Assembly (NCBI GenBank): GCA_963784815.1 | Contig: CAWATB010000017.1 | Location: forward strand, 13,864 to 77,863 | Source: an uncultured Gammaproteobacteria bacterium | GTDB taxonomy: Bacteria > Pseudomonadota > Gammaproteobacteria > Burkholderiales > Burkholderiaceae_C | Length of the DNA: 64,000 nucleotides | Direction of reading: 5' to 3' | In this document: one piece after another, positions 53,629 through 62,576 of the stretch | Numbering within the stretch: the first letter of the stretch is position 1 | Layout of the letters: every line of letters begins with the position of its first letter | Position numbers and translations under genes: made by a program | Notes under the pieces: generated by a model | Databases searched by the model: none | What the model was told of the DNA's origin: nothing | The model's input: the letters and a program-made list of their open reading frames with translations, nothing else

Positions 53629-55239
53629 TTACGCAGGCTCTGCCACCGGCTCAGCAGCAGGCGCAGTCGACGCCGCCACCACCGGCATGCGAATCAGGTG
53701 GTCAAACGCGCTCAGCGCAGCCTTCGACCCGTCGCCCGCCGCAATCACGATCTGCTTGAAAGGCACCGTGGTGCAATCGCCTGCGGCAAACACGCCGGGC
53801 AGGTTGGTGCGGCCGTGCGAGTCCACCATGATCTCGCCAAACTTGGACAGTTCTACCGTGCCCTTGAGCCACTCGGTGTTGGGCACCAGGCCGATCTGCA
53901 CGAACACGCCTTCCAGCTCGACAAGGTGCTCCGCGTTGGTGGCGCGGTCCTTGTACTTGAGGCCGTTGACCTTGCCGTCGGCGCCAGTGATCTCGGTGGT
54001 CTGCGCGTTGGTGTGGATGGTCACGTTGGGCAGGCTCTTGAGCTTGTTGACCAGCACGGCGTCGGCCTTGAGCTGGTCTGCAAATTCAACCACGGTCACG
54101 TGGCCGACGATGCCTGCCAAGTCGATCGCAGCTTCTACGCCAGAGTTACCGCCACCGATCACCGCCGTGCGCTTGCCTTTGAACAACGGTCCGTCGCAAT
54201 GCGGGCAGTAGGCAACGCCCTTGTTTTTGTACTCGGCTTCGCCGGGTACGTTCACGTTGCGCCACCGGGCGCCCGTCGACACGATCACTGTTTTAGAGTG
54301 CAAAGTACCGCCGTTGGCCAGCTGTACCTCAATCAACCCACCGGGTTGTGCGGCAGGCACGATCTTGTCTGCGCGCTGCAGGTTCATGATTTCTACGCCG
54401 TATGAGCGGGCATGGGCTTCCAGTGCAGCACCAAACTTGGGGCCGTCGGTTTCCAACACGGAGATGTAGTTCTCGATCGCCAAGGTGTCGTTGACCTGAC
54501 CCCCAAAGCGTTCCGCAGCAATACCGGTGCGAATGCCTTTGCGCGCCGCATACACCGCCGCTGCCGCACCTGCTGGGCCACCGCCGACGATGAGCACGTC
54601 ATAAGGTGCCTTGGCGCTGAGCTTGGCTGCGTCGCGGGCGGCTGCGCCCGTGTCGAGCTTGGCCACGATTTCTTCAAGCGTCATGTGACCCGAGGCAAAC
54701 ATCTTGCCGTTGAGAAACACCATGGGCACGGCCATGATTTCGCGGTCGGTGACTTCCTGCTGGAAGGCGCCGCCTTCGATGACCGTCGTCTTGATCTTGG
54801 GGTTGACGATGGCCATGAGCGACAGCGCCTGCACCACGTCAGGGCAGTTGTGGCAGGTCAGGCTCATGTAGACCTCGAAGTTGAAGTCACCGTCCAGGGC
54901 CTTGATCGAATCGATCACGTCCTGCTCGACCTTGGGCGGGTGGCCGCCCGTCCACAGCAGCGCCAGCACCAGCGAGGTGAACTCGTGGCCGAGCGGCAGG
55001 CCCGCAAAGCGCAGCGAGTTGGTGGCCCCCACGCGCTGCAGGCTGAACGAAGGCTTGCGGGCGTCGTTACCGTCAGTGCGCAGGGTGATCTTGTCGCTGC
55101 GCAGGGATTGGATGGTTGTCAGCAGCTCGCGCATGTCGCGCGCCGTCTCGCTGTCGTCCAGGGATGCCACCAGCTCAAACGGCTGCTGCACGCGCTCCAG
55201 GTAGGCGGCGAGTTGGGTCTTGAGTTGTTCGTCGAGCAT
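53629..55239 (-). CDS. ahpF: Alkyl hydroperoxide reductase subunit F
   Basis: [42 protein letters not shown]. Confidence 0.97.
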   Translation of the reverse strand: MLDEQLKTQLAAYLERVQQPFELVASLDDSETARDMRELLTTIQSLRSDKITLRTDGNDARKPSFSLQRVGATNSLRFAGLPLGHEFTSLVLALLWTGGHPPKVEQDVIDSIKALDGDFNFEVYMSLTCHNCPDVVQALSLMAIVNPKIKTTVIEGGAFQQEVTDREIMAVPMVFLNGKMFASGHMTLEEIVAKLDTGAAARDAAKLSAKAPYDVLIVGGGPAGAAAAVYAARKGIRTGIAAERFGGQVNDTLAIENYISVLETDGPKFGAALEAHARSYGVEIMNLQRADKIVPAAQPGGLIEVQLANGGTLHSKTVIVSTGARWRNVNVPGEAEYKNKGVAYCPHCDGPLFKGKRTAVIGGGNSGVEAAIDLAGIVGHVTVVEFADQLKADAVLVNKLKSLPNVTIHTNAQTTEITGADGKVNGLKYKDRATNAEHLVELEGVFVQIGLVPNTEWLKGTVELSKFGEIMVDSHGRTNLPGVFAAGDCTTVPFKQIVIAAGDGSKAALSAFDHLIRMPVVAASTAPAAEPVAEPA

Positions 55240-55329
55240 GGTGGTGTCCTTTGAATTTCGAGTTGTGATGTCTGGGAGGTTGAAGCCAAAAGGGCTGCAG
55301 TTCAAGCCTGCAAGTCAACGTCCGGGCGT

Positions 55330-55379
55330 AAAAAAGCCGGACGGCATGGCGCACTGGCGCCATGACGCTGTCCGGCTTT
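55330..55379 (-). terminator. Terminator-like hairpin between ahpC and ahpF
   Basis: AAAGCCGGAC/GTCCGGCTTT outer stem with an inner ATGGCGC/GCGCCAT stem; U-tract on the minus strand. Confidence 0.7.
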
Positions 55380-55393
55380 GGGGAAGCCGTGGA

Positions 55394-55969
55394 TTAGATC
55401 TTGCCGACCAGGTCCAGCGAAGGCGTCAGGGTCTTGGCGCCTTCCTTCCACTTGGCGGGGCAGACCTGGCCAGGATTGGCGGCGGTGAACTGGGCAGCCT
55501 TGAGCTTGCGCAGGGTTTCCGACACGTCGCGGGCGATTTCGTTGGAGTGGATTTCCATCGTCTTGATCACGCCATCGGGGTTGATCACAAATGTGCCGCG
55601 CAGTGCCAGGCCTTCTTCAGCGATGTGCACGCCGAAAGCGTTGGTCAGCTGGTGTGTTGGGTCGCCGACCAGGGGGAATTTGGCCTTGCCCACAGCGTCC
55701 GACGTTTCGTGCCAGACCTTGTGCGAGAAGTGCGTGTCGGTGGTGACGATGTAGACCTCGGCGCCAGCCTTCTGGAACTCGGCGTAGTTGTCGGCAGCAT
55801 CTTCGATTTCGGTGGGGCAGTTGAAGGTGAAAGCTGCAGGCATGAAGATCAGCACAGACCACTTGCCCTTGAGGTTGGCTTCGGTCACTTCGATGAAATC
55901 ACCCTTGCCGTCGCGGTTGACGAAAGCGGTGGTCTTGAAGGGCTGAACTGGCGTATTGATCAGGGACAT
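55394..55969 (-). CDS. ahpC: Alkyl hydroperoxide reductase subunit C (peroxiredoxin)
   Basis: FTFNCPTE, DTHFSHKVWH, VCPAKW, SLDLVGKI. Confidence 0.98.
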   Translation of the reverse strand: MSLINTPVQPFKTTAFVNRDGKGDFIEVTEANLKGKWSVLIFMPAAFTFNCPTEIEDAADNYAEFQKAGAEVYIVTTDTHFSHKVWHETSDAVGKAKFPLVGDPTHQLTNAFGVHIAEEGLALRGTFVINPDGVIKTMEIHSNEIARDVSETLRKLKAAQFTAANPGQVCPAKWKEGAKTLTPSLDLVGKI

Positions 55970-56037
55970 GGCTGTTTCCTTTGTGGTTGGTTAACTGAAC
56001 AAGGCTGAAGTCTAGGCGCTTTGGAGCAATCAATCCA

Positions 56038-56074
56038 ATTAATTGATTTCATTGAATCAATTGGCTGCGGCTAT
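56038..56074 (-). promoter_or_regulatory. Probable OxyR binding site upstream of ahpC
   Basis: Minus strand ATAG-N7-CAAT-N7-ATGA-N7-TAAT versus the established consensus ATAG-N7-CTAT-N7-ATAG-N7-CTAT. Confidence 0.7.
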
Positions 56075-56337
56075 GTTCAGTGCCTCGCCAATGCCCGCAA
56101 TTCGGCATTTAGGCTCGGTCCCTCCTCGAAGCACGCCCTGCTCCTGCAGCCAAAGACAGCGCCTCAACGGCGCACTCCTGCCCAACCCTTGCGGCATATC
56201 AAATATTCAAATACAACTGATTCGCATTTATCCATATCATCTACCGCACTGCAGCAAAGCCGCTTCTGGCCTCTGAGTTGCAGTGTGAAGGCCGCGAACA
56301 CGTGGCTTTCACAAAAATATTGGTCAAAAAGGCCTGC

Positions 56338-56379
56338 AGCGCTTTATCAATAAGCGTTAGCAGCTCATCAATTTATAGC
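56338..56379 (+). repeat. Family 1 element, copy 9
   Basis: AGCGCTT-N7-AAGCGTT-N4-GCTCA-N7-ATAGC. Confidence 0.8.
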
Positions 56380-56396
56380 AAAGACCTGAATTCACC

Positions 56397-57215
56397 ATGT
56401 TCCAAACACTTTTGATCTGTTTCCGTGAAGGGCTGGAAGCCCTGCTGGTCATCGCCATCGCCACGCTTTACCTGCGCAAAACCGGGCGTCTGAACCTGCT
56501 GCTACCGCTGCGCGCCGGGGTGGGTGTCGCCGCCCTGCTGTCTTTGGTGCTGGGCTGGGTGCTGTCGCAGGTGGGCGCCGTGTCGCCCGCAGCCGAGGGC
56601 GGCATGGCCCTCGTGGCCGCCGCTGCAGTGGCCTGGTGTGTGGTGCACATGCGCAGTGCGGGCAAAGGCATGGGCCAGGAGATTGCGCAGCGCATGGACC
56701 GCGCCAGCGTGCTGGAGGGCCCGCGCGCTGGGATGGCCGTTTTCCTGTTCGCCTTGTTCATGGTGGGCCGCGAAGGCGTGGAAACCGCCACCATGCTGGC
56801 CGCGCTGGCCCGCAGCGCCGAGCTGGGTTATATGGCCTGGGGCGGCGCGGCGGGCTTGGCGCTGGCCATTGCGATTGCCTGGGCGTGGACTCGGTATGGC
56901 CGTGCGGTCAACCTCGGCCGGTTCTTCCGCGTCACGTCGTGGTTCATGGCCGTGTTTGCGCTGCAACTAGTGGTCTATGCGTTTCATGAGTTCACCGAGG
57001 GCGGCGTGTTCCCTGGCATCGACAACGCTTACTGGCATGCAGCCACAGAAGACTTGGCTGAGGGCAGCATTGCGCAGGCCATCTCACTGGCGCTGGTGGT
57101 GGTGCCCACGGCGTGGCTAGGGGTGGCGCACTGGCGGGAGCGCCGCGCGGCACCGGCCCCAGCGAAGGCATCAACGGCCAATGTGTCGTCTTCAGCCACG
57201 TCCGCCGTGCAGTAG
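56397..57215 (+). CDS. FTR1/EfeU-family iron permease
   Basis: Two RExxE motifs (REGLE, REGVE); about 7 TM helices. Confidence 0.88.
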   Translation: MFQTLLICFREGLEALLVIAIATLYLRKTGRLNLLLPLRAGVGVAALLSLVLGWVLSQVGAVSPAAEGGMALVAAAAVAWCVVHMRSAGKGMGQEIAQRMDRASVLEGPRAGMAVFLFALFMVGREGVETATMLAALARSAELGYMAWGGAAGLALAIAIAWAWTRYGRAVNLGRFFRVTSWFMAVFALQLVVYAFHEFTEGGVFPGIDNAYWHAATEDLAEGSIAQAISLALVVVPTAWLGVAHWRERRAAPAPAKASTANVSSSATSAVQ

Positions 57216-57371
57216 TTGGCACAACGCCTGGGCTCCGCGTGGGGATTTTGAACGCGAACACAACTCAACCTCACACGCAGCCATTGCGTACGAACAGGGG
57301 CTTGCCTTGCATGGGTTGATATTGATCACGACAATCGGGGCCGAATCAACACAACAGAACAAGGAGTCCCC

Positions 57372-57848
57372 ATGAAAGGCGACGCACAAGTTATTGGCCA
57401 TCTGCAGGCCCAGCTCAAGAACGAACTCACGGCCATCAACCAGTACTTCTTGCATTACCGCATGCTCAAGCACTGGGGTTTCGACAAGCTGGCCAAGAAG
57501 GAATACTCAGAGTCGATTGGCGAGATGAAGCATGCCGACTGGCTGATGGACCGCATCTTCACGCTGGACGGCCTGCCCAACCTGCAGGACCTGGCCAAGC
57601 TGCAAGTTGGCGAAGACGTGCCGGAGATTCTGGCGTGCGACTTGAGCTCTGAACTGGGCGCCCAGGCCACCATCAAGGACGGCATTGCCCACTGCGAATC
57701 CGTGCGTGACTACGTCTCGCGCGACCTGCTGCAAAAGATTCTGGACGACACCGAAGAGCACATCGACTTTCTGGAAACCCAGATTGATCTGATCGCCAAG
57801 GTGGGCTTGCAAAACTATTTGCAATCGCAAATGGGTGAGGTGGAGTAA
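57372..57848 (+). CDS. bfr: Bacterioferritin
   Basis: MKGD, NELTAINQYFLH, EMKHAD, EEHIDFLETQ; RBS AAGGAG. Confidence 0.97.
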   Translation: MKGDAQVIGHLQAQLKNELTAINQYFLHYRMLKHWGFDKLAKKEYSESIGEMKHADWLMDRIFTLDGLPNLQDLAKLQVGEDVPEILACDLSSELGAQATIKDGIAHCESVRDYVSRDLLQKILDDTEEHIDFLETQIDLIAKVGLQNYLQSQMGEVE

Positions 57849-57924
57849 CTGCGGCGCTCTCTCTACCGCTTTCTGGGGACTCGGCGGGGCTGGGTACCCT
57901 GAAGACGGCGGGGAAGATTTCATC

Positions 57925-57947
57925 AACGGGCTGCGGCCCGTTTTTTT
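57925..57947 (+). terminator. Intrinsic terminator after bfr
   Basis: CGGGC-TGCG-GCCCG followed by T7. Confidence 0.8.
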
Positions 57948-58028
57948 ATGCCCGTCTGCCGTCGAGTGCGCGCTCTTGAGCGGACGGTGTTGTTGCAAAT
58001 GCACAAACCTTGGTATTCCCCAAAAAAA

Positions 58029-58060
58029 TGCAATGAGAATTGTTCGCAATTGAATAAACT
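58029..58060 (+). promoter_or_regulatory. Fur box next to a putative -10 (TAAACT)
   Basis: GCAATGAGAATTGTTCGCA resembles the Fur consensus GATAATGATAATCATTATC; upstream of an iron receptor. Confidence 0.7.
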
Positions 58061-58066
58061 CAACGT

Positions 58067-58250
58067 TTCAGCCAGCAGCGCACCTCACTGAGAAGACTGG
58101 GCGACGGGCCTTTCGAGCCCGCCTCGACGCTTCTTCTCTGTTCTCTTCTGCCAGCCAACGCTCAAGCCAGAGGGCCTTGCCTTCGGCTCCGCGCACCAGC
58201 GCGGTACCGCCCGTTGGCTGCGCGTCTTCAGCTCGCAGCCTTTATTTTTT
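58067..58250 (+). ncRNA. Candidate Fur-regulated structured leader RNA or sRNA ending in a terminator
   Basis: No ATG in the interval; several perfect stems; terminator GGCTGCG/CGCAGCC plus TTTATTTTTT. Function is inferred only. Confidence 0.45.
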
Positions 58251-58532
58251 CTACTTTTCGACCGCTATCGCTGGCCATCAGATGGCGGGGTGGAGTCAAA
58301 AAGATTTTCACAAAAATCGCGCGCCAGCGAGCGAATGACATGCAACGCCGCCGACCCATGAATGCCACCCCGCTTTGCTCACAGCCTTGCATCGCCAACG
58401 CGTGCCCACTCTGATTTCACTGCTTTCTCGCCGGACACCGCGCCCCAGACAGCAGGCCACTTTTGGCCCGCGCCAGGCACCGCGTTGCACGGGTTTTCTG
58501 CCAACTGCGTTGTGCTTACTCCAAGGAAAATC

Positions 58533-60680
58533 ATGCACGCTCACACCCCAACCCGCCACCGTCTGAACCCGCTGATGGCCGCCTTGCTCGCGACTCTCTG
58601 TGGCCCTGCACTGGCGCAGCCGACCCCGCCGCAGACACTCGGCGAAGTCACTGTGCAGTCTGGCGCAAACGACGACGGCTATTCACCAGCGGCCAGCACT
58701 GCTGCCACCAAGGGCCGCGCGCCCCTGCGCGATGTGCCGCAGGCCGTCAACGTGGTGCCCGCGCAGCTGCTGCGCGATCAAGGCGCCCGCTCGATGGAAG
58801 ACGCTCTGCGCAACGTGCCCGGTGTGGCCATGAGCCACGGCGACGGGCAGCGGGACCAGGTGGTGATTCGCGGCTTTACGGCGATTGCCGACCAGTTTGT
58901 GGACGGCGTACGGGATGACGCCCTGTACTTTCGCGACCTTGCCGACATCGAACGCATCGAGGTGCTCAAAGGCCCAGCCGCCGTGTTGTATGGCCGTGGC
59001 TCATCCGGCGGCTTGATCAACCGTGTTACCAAAAAGCCAAAGTTTGGTGAAACCTCGGGCGAGGCCACGCTGGGTCTGGGCAGCTTTGATTTCCGCCGCG
59101 CTACGGCCGATGTGAATGTGGGCATCAGCGACACCACTGCTTTTCGCATCAATGCCGCCGTGGAAGACTCGGGCAGCTACCGCGAGCAGCAGTTCGTCAA
59201 GCGCCACAACTTTGCGCCCTCGCTTGCCCTCAAGCTCGCTGCGCAGACCGACCTGCTGCTGCAATACACCAACGCCCGCGACAAGCGCCTGACGGACTTC
59301 GGCATCCCCGCGCTCAATGGACGCCCGGTCAATGTGCCCGCCCGCACCTACTACGGCTCCAGCAACGCCGCGCAGGATGACACCACCACCAGCACGATGC
59401 AGTCGTTCGCAGCCACGCTGAACCACCGTTTCAACGATGCGTGGTCGGTGCGAAACGTCACGCGCGTGTACGACTACGCACTGGACCGGTACAACACGCT
59501 GCCCAGCGGCACCACCGACCCGGTGAATCTGACAGTGGGCCGCACGCGGGCCTTTATCCTGCGCGACGAAAAAGGAGTCTTCAACCAGACCGACGTCACC
59601 TGGCGCAATCAGCTCGGCGGGTTCAAGCAAGAGTGGCTGATGGGCATGGAGTTGGGCCAGCAGAAAAAACGCTCTGAATCCGTCTCGGGCGGTGCGGACC
59701 GTGTGTCCATCTTCAACCCCACAGGCGCGGCTCCCGTTATCCCGGCAGCCAACTACAACGCCGACAACGCCATCCCCAGCCACACCACGCAAGACACAGC
59801 CGCGCTGTACTGGCAAGACCAGATCACGCTGGCGCCGCAATGGAAGGCGCTGGTGGGCGCGCGATACGACGTGTTCAAGCAGCAAACGGCTTACGACCGC
59901 AAGCTCACAACGCTTTCTCGCACCGATCGGAAGTTCAGCCCCCGCGCTGGTCTGGTCTGGCAACCCAGCGACACCGTGTCGTACTACGTGTCATACAGCA
60001 AGTCGTTCCAGCCTTCTGCCGAAGCCTTTGCGCTGTCGGCCAGCAACACCGCCAGCGAACCCGAGATCACGCAAAACAAAGAAATCGGCGTCAAGCTGGA
60101 CTTGCTGGATGGGCGCATGAACATCACCGGGGCTCTCTTCAATTTGGAGCGCACCAACATCAAAAACACCGACCCAGCCAATCCCTCGCGCCAGATCAAC
60201 GTGGGCACACAGCGCACCAATGGGTTGGAGCTGACCACCAACGGCCGCCTCCCTGGTCGCTGGGATGTGAGCGCTGGCTATGCCTGGCTGGATGGCCGCA
60301 TGACGAAATCTCTGGCCACCACGGGGTCGCTGCAATTGCCTACGGCAGCAGTCCCGGCACAGGGCAAGGTGGCCGCCCTCACACCACGCAACTCGGCCTT
60401 CCTGTGGGCCATGAAGGACATGGGGCACGGCCTGCGCGTGGGCGGCGGCGTTAACTACGTGGGCGCGCGCTTCACGTCGCTGACCAACCTGGTCACCTTG
60501 CCCGGCTACACCACGCTGGACGCGGCGCTGCAGTACACGCTGGGCCAGTGGGATGTGGACGTCAATATCAAGAACCTGGCCAACCGCAAATACTACGTAT
60601 CGGCCCATGGGAGCAATGACAACCTGATCCTGCCGGGGTCGCCGCGCACGCTGCAAGTCACGCTGCGCACGCGGTTCTGA
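58533..60680 (+). CDS. TonB-dependent siderophore receptor
   Basis: RBS AAGGA, signal peptide, TonB box EVTV, plug motifs (LRNVPGV, IRGF, ERIEVLKGPAAVLYG), NLANRKY, C-terminal F. Confidence 0.93.
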   Translation: MHAHTPTRHRLNPLMAALLATLCGPALAQPTPPQTLGEVTVQSGANDDGYSPAASTAATKGRAPLRDVPQAVNVVPAQLLRDQGARSMEDALRNVPGVAMSHGDGQRDQVVIRGFTAIADQFVDGVRDDALYFRDLADIERIEVLKGPAAVLYGRGSSGGLINRVTKKPKFGETSGEATLGLGSFDFRRATADVNVGISDTTAFRINAAVEDSGSYREQQFVKRHNFAPSLALKLAAQTDLLLQYTNARDKRLTDFGIPALNGRPVNVPARTYYGSSNAAQDDTTTSTMQSFAATLNHRFNDAWSVRNVTRVYDYALDRYNTLPSGTTDPVNLTVGRTRAFILRDEKGVFNQTDVTWRNQLGGFKQEWLMGMELGQQKKRSESVSGGADRVSIFNPTGAAPVIPAANYNADNAIPSHTTQDTAALYWQDQITLAPQWKALVGARYDVFKQQTAYDRKLTTLSRTDRKFSPRAGLVWQPSDTVSYYVSYSKSFQPSAEAFALSASNTASEPEITQNKEIGVKLDLLDGRMNITGALFNLERTNIKNTDPANPSRQINVGTQRTNGLELTTNGRLPGRWDVSAGYAWLDGRMTKSLATTGSLQLPTAAVPAQGKVAALTPRNSAFLWAMKDMGHGLRVGGGVNYVGARFTSLTNLVTLPGYTTLDAALQYTLGQWDVDVNIKNLANRKYYVSAHGSNDNLILPGSPRTLQVTLRTRF

Positions 60681-60732
60681 TTGCTGTGCGCGACAAAGCG
60701 CAAACCAAAATGTTTTGACCAAATTAGCCGAA

Positions 60733-60774
60733 AGCGCTTTATCTAAAAGCGTTAATAGCTATAAATTGGATAGC
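60733..60774 (+). repeat. Family 1 element, copy 10
   Basis: AGCGCTT-N7-AAGCGTT-N4-GCTAT-N7-ATAGC. Confidence 0.85.
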
Positions 60775-60816
60775 TAAAATTGCAAACGTTGCGCACAACA
60801 CACGCTCTTTAACGCA

Positions 60817-60848
60817 AAACGTAATCATTCCTATTTGCAATGTAAAAT
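60817..60848 (+). promoter_or_regulatory. Probable Fur box and -10 (TAAAAT) upstream of the PepSY operon
   Basis: AAACGTAATCATTCCTATT resembles a Fur box; precedes iron-uptake genes. Confidence 0.55.
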
Positions 60849-61052
60849 TCGGTTTCCGCAAGCCACAGCCACATTCGTTGTCTGCAGCCAGCACCCACCG
60901 TCTTCAGATGTTTTCGGGTTGCCTGGCTTGAACCACTCCTTCCCATTGATTGCCTCAGCGGCATGGCCGCAGCGTTGCCCGCCCACGGGTAGCGCCGCGG
61001 GTTGCGGCGTGGTGCGCCGAGGCTGCAATCTCTGTTCCACCCCCGTGCCGAC

Positions 61053-62275
61053 ATGCTGAGCCCCACCGCCCTGCGCCGCTGGAGCTGGACCCACAAGTGG
61101 TCCAGCCTGGTGTGCACCGTTTTCATGCTGCTGCTGTGCCTCACGGGCCTGCCGCTGATCTTTCACCACGAAATCGGCCACCTGCTGGGCACCGAGGTCG
61201 AAGCGCCCGCCATGCCGGCCGACACGCCGCGCGCCAGTCTGGACAAGGTACTTGCCGCTGCGCATGCACTGCACCCCGAGCGCGTGGTGCAGTTCGCGTC
61301 GCAGTCCGACGACGATGCCAACGTGTGGTTCGTCACGCTCACGCCCACCCCCGCGCCCACCGAAGACTTCAAGTCGATTGCTGTGGATGCGCGTACGACC
61401 GAAGTGCTGTCGCGTCGGCCCGTGGACGAGGGTTTCATGTACGTGATGTTCCGTCTGCATGTGGACTTGTTTGCGGGTTTGCCTGGCAAGCTTTTCCTCG
61501 GCTTCATGGGCCTGCTTGCTGCTGGTGGCCATCGTCACTGGGGTGGTGCTGTATGCGCCGTTCATGCGCAAGCTGGCGTTTGGCGATGTGCGGCGCGACC
61601 GGTCCAGCCGCGTGAAGTGGCTGGACCTGCACAACCTGCTGGGCATCGTCACGCTGGTGTGGGCGTTTGTGGTGGGAGGCACCGGCATGATCAACACCTG
61701 GGCCGACCTGATGATCAAGTACTGGCAGTACGACCAGCTGAGCGTGCTGCTCAAGCCCTACGAAGGCCAGCCCACCGTGCCTGTGGCCGAGCGCGGCCCG
61801 CTGCAGCAGGCGATGGAGGCCGCGCAGGCCCATGCGCCGGGCACCAAGCTGTCGTTCATTGCTTTCCCCGGCACCGCGTTTTCCAGCCCGCACCACAACA
61901 CGTTTTTCATGCGCGGCAACGAGCCGCTCACCTCGCAAGCTGCTCAAGCCCGTGCTGGTGGATGCGCGCACGGCGCAGGTCACGGCATCGCCCGCACTGC
62001 CGTGGTACCTGACGGCGCTGCTGGTGTCGCAGCCGCTGCACTTTGGCGACTACGGCGGCATGCCGATGAAGATCCTCTGGGCGCTGCTCGACATCGCCAC
62101 CATCGTGGTGCTGGGCAGCGGGCTGTACCTGTGGCTGCGCAAAGGGGTGCAGGGCAATAACGCCAACGCCAACTTGAACTCAAACACTAACCACATTCCG
62201 GGCGAAGTTGACCTTTCAACTCCCGCAGCAACGCGCACGACCGGTGCCGTGGCCCGAAAAGAGGTCACGCCATGA
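61053..62275 (+). CDS. PepSY-associated TM helix protein (frameshifts near 61515 and 61935)
   Basis: HKWSSL, CLTGLPLIFHHEI, LHVDLF, DLHNLLG, SQPLHFGDYGG, spread over three frames. Confidence 0.85.
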
Positions 62276-62544
62276 GCAAGCCCCGCCCCGCCCTGGCCCC
62301 TTTCCTCGCGCTCTGGGGCTGGCCCATCGCCCTGGGCCTGCTGACCACCACCGGTCTCATCTCCGCACTGGTGTCCGACACCTGGGGTGACTGGTGGTCG
62401 TGGCTGGGCCTGGGCGTTCCCGTGGCGGTGATGGGCTGGTTTGCATGGCGGCGTCCTGCCACCTCAGCCACTTCACCCCAAGGTCGGCCGACGGTGACCG
62501 CCCTTGCCGACACCGCAGAGCCGCGCGCCAGCGCCCGCTCCTAG
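62272..62544 (+). CDS. Small two-TM hypothetical protein in the PepSY operon
   Basis: ATGA overlap with the PepSY stop; WGWPIALGLLT...GLISALV...WGDWWSW. Confidence 0.75.
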   Translation: MSKPRPALAPFLALWGWPIALGLLTTTGLISALVSDTWGDWWSWLGLGVPVAVMGWFAWRRPATSATSPQGRPTVTALADTAEPRASARS

Positions 62545-62576
62545 CACCTTCGAAAAATTGAAAACCCCTCCACCCC

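Noticed and set aside
58164-58181. AAGCCAGAGGGCCTTGCC resembling the B12 box of cobalamin riboswitches
   Set aside because: Upstream conserved cobalamin elements (GGGAA, GCCCCCGCAACTGT-like) are absent, and the receptor looks siderophore-type with a Fur box.
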